This document shows positions 33,623-39,564 of a DNA stretch of 39,564 nucleotides, one piece after another. This DNA comes from Gemmatimonadaceae bacterium (lineage in GTDB: Bacteria; Gemmatimonadota; Gemmatimonadetes; Gemmatimonadales; Gemmatimonadaceae). Where the stretch lies: assembly GCA_044224875.1 (NCBI GenBank), contig JBGAJQ010000049.1, positions 1 through 39,564 of the forward strand. Direction: 5' to 3'. The position numbers and the translations under genes were made by a program. Numbering within the stretch: the stretch's first letter is position 1; the number at the start of each line of letters is the position of its first letter. The notes beneath the pieces were generated by a model. That model searched no databases and had not been told where the DNA came from. It was given only the letters and a program-made list of their open reading frames with translations.

Positions 33623-35095
33623 ATGACACCTCACACGCGTTGGTGGCCTCGCGTTCGCACGATCGCGCGCCTCGTGGCGATCGGTGCATCCTTGGCGTGC
33701 AACCGCGGTAGTGCGTCGACAGTTGCAACACCGCCAAACATCGTGGTCGTCCTCGTCGACGACCTGCGCTGGGACGACCTCGGCGTCGAAGGACATCCCT
33801 TCGTGGAAACGCCACGGATCGACCAGCTCGCCCGCGAAGGCGTTCGCTTTCGGAATGCCTTTGCCACGACACCCCTGTGCTCGCCCAGCCGGGCCGCGAT
33901 CCTCACGGGGCAATACGTCCATTCGAACGGAATCATCGACAACACCGCGCGAGATTCGGCAAGCCATCAACTGCCGACGTTCGCGAGGCCGCTGTCACAC
34001 GCTGGCTACGCCACGGGGTTCTTTGGCAAGTGGCACATGGGAAACGATGACACCCCTCGCCCAGGGTTCACCCGCTGGGTCGCCATGAAGGGACAGGGCG
34101 AGGCCGTCGATCCCAAGCTCAATGTGGACGGCACGCGCATCGAGGAGAAGGGATACGTGACCGACGTCCTCACGGGTTACGTGACACGCTTCATCGAGGA
34201 AACGCGCGGCAAGCCGTTCATGGTGTTCCTGGCGCACAAGGCGTTGCATCCGAACATCGTGCAACGAGACGACGGATCGACGGCTGCGGTGGCTGGCCAA
34301 GCGGCGGGCTTTGTACCAGCCCCGCGTCATAGCGGCCGCTATGCGAATGCCAAGGTGCCCCGGCGTGCCAACGCGGGTCCGCCGAACGTGCGGAAGCCAG
34401 CGCTGCAGCGCTCCATCGCGGGGGTACCGCCACTTGGTCCCAGCACCGCGACGCCCGACAAGGACGTGCGGGACCGCCTCGAGATGCTGCTGGCGGTGGA
34501 CGAAAGCCTCGGGCGCATCGAGGAACTCCTCCGTCAGATGGGCCAGCTGGATAACACCGTGATCATCCTGACGAGCGATCATGGGTATTTCTACGGCGAA
34601 CACTTCCTCAATGACGAACGCCGGCTCGCCTACGAGGAGACCGCGCGGATCCCCTTGATCGTGCGGTACCCGCCGCTCGCCAAGGCAGGTGCAACGCCCA
34701 CCCAGCTGGTGCAGACGATCGACCTCGCCCCGACCATCCTCGACCTCGCCGGCATTTCCGACACCGTGAAGCGCCAAGGCGCGTCTATCGTCCCATTACT
34801 TCGTGGAGAGTCTCCGCCGTGGCGCGACGCGGTGCTCGTCGAGTACTACAGCGATACCGTTTTCCCGCGGATCCTCCACATGGGCTATCAGGCGATTCGG
34901 ACCGAACGCTACAAGTACATCCATTATCTCGAACTGCCGGGAATGGACGAGTTGTACGACCTGCAATCGGACCCGTTTGAGCTGGACAATCTGGTCGGCA
35001 GTGCGCGGGGGAAGACCCTGCTCCCTGAAATGCAGGCGGCGCTGGCTAAGCTCCAACAGGAGACGGGCTACCGGGCGCCAGAGGGCACGCCGTGA
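33623..35095 (+). CDS. Cys-type (formylglycine-dependent) sulfatase, N-acetylglucosamine-6-sulfatase-like, exported
   Basis: PNIVVVLVDD, CSPSR signature, GKWHMG, TSDHG, ELYDLQSDPFEL; lipobox-like SLAC. Confidence 0.92.
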   Translation: MTPHTRWWPRVRTIARLVAIGASLACNRGSASTVATPPNIVVVLVDDLRWDDLGVEGHPFVETPRIDQLAREGVRFRNAFATTPLCSPSRAAILTGQYVHSNGIIDNTARDSASHQLPTFARPLSHAGYATGFFGKWHMGNDDTPRPGFTRWVAMKGQGEAVDPKLNVDGTRIEEKGYVTDVLTGYVTRFIEETRGKPFMVFLAHKALHPNIVQRDDGSTAAVAGQAAGFVPAPRHSGRYANAKVPRRANAGPPNVRKPALQRSIAGVPPLGPSTATPDKDVRDRLEMLLAVDESLGRIEELLRQMGQLDNTVIILTSDHGYFYGEHFLNDERRLAYEETARIPLIVRYPPLAKAGATPTQLVQTIDLAPTILDLAGISDTVKRQGASIVPLLRGESPPWRDAVLVEYYSDTVFPRILHMGYQAIRTERYKYIHYLELPGMDELYDLQSDPFELDNLVGSARGKTLLPEMQAALAKLQQETGYRAPEGTP

Positions 35096-35174
35096 AGCCG
35101 CTCGTTCACGGCCGGCCATATGCCCGGGTGACCGAATTCGTCACGAGTTCGCTCGGAGCGACATGAGCCTGGCG

Positions 35175-35810
35175 TTACCCCACGTGGTCCCAGAGGAACG
35201 GCTTGACGTGCGTTCGACAGCAATCCGGCACTTCATCGCGCAAGAGCGCGAGGGCGCGCGCGGCCTTTGTCAGGAAGTCTTCCGTCGCGTCCACCGTACG
35301 ATAGCGTGGATGCCCGCTCCAGCACGTCGCGATTCGCTGGTCGATCACTCCCGCCTCTTCGAGCGATTCGATGCGCAGCGGGTTTTCTAGACCGTAGGCA
35401 TCGGGAGCCGTTGGCGTTCGGAGATGAATCACCGCGTGATAGCGCCCTAGCTCATTCGCCAACGTGGTCCCCACGGACAGGAAGAGGTCGTCAGTGCCCA
35501 CCCAGTAGGCAGCACCATCCACGGTGCCACGATCGCACAACACCACCGCGGTGTTGTTGACCTCGGCCGTCACCTCCAACTCGCGTTGCACGTGATAAAT
35601 CGCGCGTTGAGCCGCGCGGCGAATCTCCGCCCCATCGGTCCGCGGGAACCGGCCCCCAAAGACGATACCGGCCGCTTCGGGCAGTGTCTTCACGTGGGCG
35701 CAGAAGAAGAGTCGAATGAGTTCGAGCACCGCGGTCTTTCCGGCGCCGGGGCCGCCGGTGAGTACGACGCGCCGAGTGGTGTGTCGCTGTTTGCAGTCGC
35801 AGGGCTTCAT
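35175..35810 (-). CDS. AAA_28 (NadR/Ttd14-like) P-loop NTPase
   Basis: VVLTGGPGAGKT Walker A, LPEAA, VLCDRGTVD, RYHAVIHL. Start at MKPCDC (35810). Confidence 0.85.
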   Translation of the reverse strand: MKPCDCKQRHTTRRVVLTGGPGAGKTAVLELIRLFFCAHVKTLPEAAGIVFGGRFPRTDGAEIRRAAQRAIYHVQRELEVTAEVNNTAVVLCDRGTVDGAAYWVGTDDLFLSVGTTLANELGRYHAVIHLRTPTAPDAYGLENPLRIESLEEAGVIDQRIATCWSGHPRYRTVDATEDFLTKAARALALLRDEVPDCCRTHVKPFLWDHVG

Positions 35811-36227
35811 GGGTGAGCATTTCCGAAAGGCGAGTGATGCGCGCAACAATCGGAAGAAGGATGCCCGCGCAGTCAACGGCCGTCGAGTAGCCGCCGCTTT
35901 GAACGCCGTGGTGACCGTCGAAAAGGCGTGATTCGCACGCCAGTGAGGTGAGCCTAGCGCGCGGTGCGTGACGAACGACCACCGAATCGCAAATGGACGT
36001 ACGTCCGTGCGGATTTGATCGCGATTGATGCAGCTGCATCGTCGCGATACAAGGCGAATCGTGCTGTATCAGGGACTTGCCTGACAGGATCGAAAATGGA
36101 GGTCGCGAATCGCTTGTGGATCAAGGAGTTAGGCGCGCGCGTGGTGCGCGCCCGAGTCTTGCCTTGTAGGGAGGGCAGCTGGATCGAAATCCTCGGCTCA
36201 GTTCCCATTTCTGGAGCGTGGCCTCAC

Positions 36228-36851
36228 ATGCACCCCTGCTCGCGCGCCCTTCTCGGTCTCGTCTCCGTCGCTGCAATCTCGTCTGCCTGCACCGACGCGT
36301 CTTCGCTCACAGGATCGACCGTTGAGCCTTCTCTTGCCCAAGGTTCAAGTGGCGGCGGCGGTGGTGGTGGCGGTGGTGGTGGTGGTGGTGGTGGCGGTGG
36401 CGGTGGCGGTGGCGGAAACGCCGGCGTCGGGAAGATCCGCACCGCGTCGGCCGGCGCGGTCTGCAACGCCGGCAGCTCGATGGGGATCGTCATCGACAGA
36501 GGCTTCGCCGATCGAGCCAACGTGACAATCACAGCCACGGCGAGTCCCATCCCGACCGGACCGGCCATTCCCCCCAGCACTTTCCCTCAGACGTCGTTAG
36601 GCGGCTGGTGGTCCTTCAGCATCGTCGAGCCCTCCACGGGTCTCCGGCTCACAGGGTTTGGCACGACCTCTGGCCTCGTGACGACGAGTGTTCGTTGGCA
36701 GATTCTTGGCACCACCATGACCCCAGGCGTGCACACGTTCACCTTCCTGGGCGAGAACCAGCAGCAAGACGGGGTCATCGACCCGACGATCCTGCGCGGC
36801 TTGCCGATTCACGAAACCTGCACGGCGACGATCACGGTCGTCGCGGTCTAA
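36228..36851 (+). CDS. Hypothetical lipoprotein with 22-residue poly-glycine tract
   Basis: GGAG upstream of ATG 36228, signal LLGLVSVAAISSAC, Gly22, then a beta-rich domain with two Cys. Confidence 0.65.
   Translation: MHPCSRALLGLVSVAAISSACTDASSLTGSTVEPSLAQGSSGGGGGGGGGGGGGGGGGGGGGGNAGVGKIRTASAGAVCNAGSSMGIVIDRGFADRANVTITATASPIPTGPAIPPSTFPQTSLGGWWSFSIVEPSTGLRLTGFGTTSGLVTTSVRWQILGTTMTPGVHTFTFLGENQQQDGVIDPTILRGLPIHETCTATITVVAV
36351..36416 (+). repeat. GGN trinucleotide tract encoding Gly22
   Basis: 66 nt of mixed GGC/GGT codons ending in GGA. Confidence 0.9.
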
Positions 36852-36857
36852 CCCCTT

Positions 36858-36901
36858 CACGCCGGACCGTCATCGGTCGTACTTGGTGACGGTCCGGCGT
36901 G
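36858..36901. terminator. Perfect 15-bp inverted repeat between convergent genes (terminator or REP-like)
   Basis: CACGCCGGACCGTCA (36858-36872) and TGACGGTCCGGCGTG (36887-36901) with a 14-nt loop. No clear U-tract. Confidence 0.6.
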
Positions 36902-36967
36902 CGTTGTGTCGAGCGCAATGTACACGTGCTCGACACGCGCGCGTTCCAGGGCACGCGGGCGGTCCAC

Positions 36968-39088
36968 CTACCACGCCACCTCGGCGGTGACGAAGACACT
37001 GCGGCCCGCCAGCACGAAATACCGCACGACACCATCACCCGACACGGACCCGCTGCCGTAGCGTCGGTTGTCTCCCAAGTTCACGCCGCGCACGGTGACT
37101 GCGTAGCGAGACCGCGCATACCGTGCCGATGCATCGACCACGTAGGTCGACGGAAGGGTGCGCGCCGCGTTCTCGGTGTTGTCGAGGTAGGATTGGCCCT
37201 GGTAGCGACCCTCGACGCCCAGCTGCAACGATGGAGTCACCGAATACTCGGCCCGTTGAACAGTGACGAAGGCCGGGGTGAGTAGCGGCGGCACATCGTC
37301 CCGCGTCACCGCGGGAGTGACCGTTGAGTCCGTAAACGTGCGAATGCGATTGTCACTCGCCCACGCATTTCCACTCAGGGACAGTCGCGAGTTGGCTTGG
37401 AAGTGCGCGGCCACTTCGATGCCTTGACGCACGGCAGCGCCGACGTTTCGTCGTGGTACCAAGCCAGACGCCGTGGGCGCTCCAATCCGTTCGATCGAGT
37501 GCCGAAAGTTCATGCGGTAGACGTTGGCCTGCACGTCCAGGTGGGACCTGACGACGTTCACTCCAGCCTCGAAGTCTCGGACGGACTCCGGGTGAACGCG
37601 GGTGAAGTCGCCAATCACCGCCTCATTCCCCTGATTGAGGTCGTCGTCGCCGGCAAAGAGGTCACTGCGCGCCGGCTCACGCGTCGTCGCGCCATAGGAG
37701 ACAAAGGCCGACACGCCTTCCGACAGCCGCAACGTCGCCCCGCCCCTCGGATTCACGAAGTTCCACGAGATGTTTCGCCCCTGCACACCAGCGTTGGCAT
37801 CCGGGTCGTAACGGAACTCGGCGTGGCGAACCTGCAGGTCGGCGAACCACCGCACGCGGTCCATATCGTACAACAGCTTGGCGAAGGCGCTCACATCCTG
37901 CTTATGACCCGTATTGTCGTACAAGGTGGTGGACGGCGACTCCAGGTACGCCCGGTGCGCCCGCTGGTACGTATTGGCATTGACGCCAGCCGATCCGTGC
38001 CAGCGCCCCTGCGCATAGGTCAGGGCCGTGGTAGTGCCGTACCACGTGTGGGCCAGGTTGTAGCGGTAGCGATCGGGGAGCGCGAAGTAGTCATAGCTGC
38101 CCCCCGCCGCGTTGCGGTATATGGTGGACGTGACGGACGTCGACGGAGTGGCAATCCGCGTGTAGGACAATGCGAGCATCTGCTGTGCGAAGCGATCGCG
38201 TTCATCCGGCTGGAGCGGATTGAAGCGGCGATTTTGCCGCAACTCGTCCAGCGTCGCGCCGACATACGACAGCGTGTCCGCGAGAATGCCGAACAGCCCC
38301 GTCAGCTTCACAATATCCCGATCCCCAAACCAGCCCGCGCCGACCAGCGCCGAGCCTCCGCGAACACCGGAATGGTCACGATAGCCATTGGTGCGGAGCA
38401 CCCCCGCCCGACCATAGTAGGCAAAACGATCGCCGATCAAACCCGACTGGAATGCCCCGCTCACGCGTTGGGCACCGAACGAACCGAATTGCAGCTGCGC
38501 CTCGCCGCCGCCAGTGCGAACGGCCAGCGGCATGCTCTCGAAGTTGATCGAGCCCGCGAACGAGGCCGTTCCGGCAGTGCTCGTGCCAACGCCGCGTTGG
38601 ATCTGCACTGACTGTATGCTGCTCATGAAATCGGCGAAGTTCGCAAAGTAGAGGACCTGGTCCTCCATGTCGTTGAGCGGCACGCCGTCGAGCGTGATGT
38701 TGATGCGCGTTTGGTCGATGCCTCGCAACCGGAGGTAGCTATAGCCCCAGTTGGTGCCGGTCTCCGTATGCGCCGTGAGGCCCGGCGAGGCATTGGCGAG
38801 CAACAGCGGGACATCCTGCCCGAACTGACGTCGCGCAATCTCCTCGTGCGCGACGGTGCGCTGGGCGATCGGTGCAATGTTCGCCGCCCTGATGGCCGTG
38901 ACCAACACCTGCTCGATCCGGCGCCCAGAGTCCGCGGCAAGACGGACGGAATCGGCCTGCGCGCCGGACCGCCTGGGCGTTAGGCAGCCAAGGGCCAGAA
39001 GACCAATGAAGATGAAGTGATGAGTGTGTTGCGTGAGCGCCCAATGGGCGCGAGGACGCGCGTGGCGCGTCGCCAGCCATCGTGACAT
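36968..39088 (-). CDS. TonB-dependent receptor, probably for thiamine or a precursor
   Basis: TonB-box-like QVLVTAIR, plug RLRGIDQTRINITLDGVPLND and IQRGVGTS, C-terminal barrel strand ending in W. Lies directly under a TPP riboswitch. Confidence 0.92.
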   Translation of the reverse strand: MSRWLATRHARPRAHWALTQHTHHFIFIGLLALGCLTPRRSGAQADSVRLAADSGRRIEQVLVTAIRAANIAPIAQRTVAHEEIARRQFGQDVPLLLANASPGLTAHTETGTNWGYSYLRLRGIDQTRINITLDGVPLNDMEDQVLYFANFADFMSSIQSVQIQRGVGTSTAGTASFAGSINFESMPLAVRTGGGEAQLQFGSFGAQRVSGAFQSGLIGDRFAYYGRAGVLRTNGYRDHSGVRGGSALVGAGWFGDRDIVKLTGLFGILADTLSYVGATLDELRQNRRFNPLQPDERDRFAQQMLALSYTRIATPSTSVTSTIYRNAAGGSYDYFALPDRYRYNLAHTWYGTTTALTYAQGRWHGSAGVNANTYQRAHRAYLESPSTTLYDNTGHKQDVSAFAKLLYDMDRVRWFADLQVRHAEFRYDPDANAGVQGRNISWNFVNPRGGATLRLSEGVSAFVSYGATTREPARSDLFAGDDDLNQGNEAVIGDFTRVHPESVRDFEAGVNVVRSHLDVQANVYRMNFRHSIERIGAPTASGLVPRRNVGAAVRQGIEVAAHFQANSRLSLSGNAWASDNRIRTFTDSTVTPAVTRDDVPPLLTPAFVTVQRAEYSVTPSLQLGVEGRYQGQSYLDNTENAARTLPSTYVVDASARYARSRYAVTVRGVNLGDNRRYGSGSVSGDGVVRYFVLAGRSVFVTAEVAW

Positions 39089-39089
39089 G

Positions 39090-39178
39090 TCGGACTCCCT
39101 ACGCCGGTACGAACCGGATCAGGTTCTACGGGACTCTCTCAGCCGATGCACACCAGCGGCACCGGCACCCCGGTCTGT
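39090..39178 (-). ncRNA. TPP riboswitch (THI-box)
   Basis: Minus strand GACCGGGGTGCC...GGCTGAGAGAGTCCCGTAGAACCTGATCCGGTTCGTACCGGCGTAGGGAGTC contains the canonical CTGAGA and ACCTGA...AGGGA elements. Confidence 0.96.
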
Positions 39179-39564
39179 GATCCAACAATAACTACGGGAG
39201 AGCTCGCTGAGTAGTGAGCGGTATTGCACGGTGCACTCATCCAAACCGCCACGTTCACACAGGGGCTTGGCGCCTCGGATCCGCCGAACGGCGCTCCACA
39301 TACGCCGCCATTGCGACGTCGAATCCATGCACGCGCCAAGCGGCGCTGTCGCGCTCGCTCCAAGACCTATCGCATGTAGCGCGGCACGAGCGCTCAGTTC
39401 GCCTACACAACAAATGGCGGACTCAACGTCGCGTGCATCACAGCCCCAAAGCGGTCCGCGCGCCACTTCATGCATGAGCCAAGCCCTACTCACCGGTATT
39501 CGGCGTTAACGAACGAGATCCCAGGCCTCATCGCACACACACGCCGAGTGGAGCATACCTAACT

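Noticed and set aside
39179..39564. Short ORFs at the right edge
   Set aside because: No motifs or convincing SD; probably the riboswitch promoter region plus non-coding DNA.
1..39564. CRISPR arrays, tRNA/rRNA, transposases, prophage or defence genes
   Set aside because: I saw no regularly spaced repeats or diagnostic motifs. Repeats present are protein-domain repeats (PD40, RCC1, Big_2).

Overview
GC-rich bacterial chromosomal window. The gene repertoire (Hanks-type receptor kinases with TolB/TPR sensors, BTAD regulator, Big_2 lipoproteins, TonB receptor, sulfatase) strongly suggests Gemmatimonadota; this is an inference from gene style. It holds about 28 genes, and I see no rRNA, tRNA, CRISPR array or transposase. 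Left half: two membrane Ser/Thr kinases, one an unusual wHTH-BTAD + kinase + TM + PD40 propeller fusion divergent from an Ig/RCC1 lipoprotein, with an 11-bp-phased direct repeat and an SD-sequestering hairpin between them. It also carries a secreted propeller-amidohydrolase-serine hydrolase triple fusion coupled to an N-acyl-D-amino-acid deacylase. Middle: a TetR regulon with two clear palindromic operators, and a creatininase/PanE-like/SDR/M20/APC catabolic cluster of unknown substrate. Right: saccharopine dehydrogenase family, secreted M20, Ig-repeat protein, AKR, a probably PPi-dependent PFK, sulfatase, AAA_28 ATPase, a poly-Gly lipoprotein and a TPP-riboswitch-controlled TonB-dependent receptor. 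Three genes are frame-disrupted (about 19113, 21930 and 27718). Family calls come from motif recognition, not database searches.
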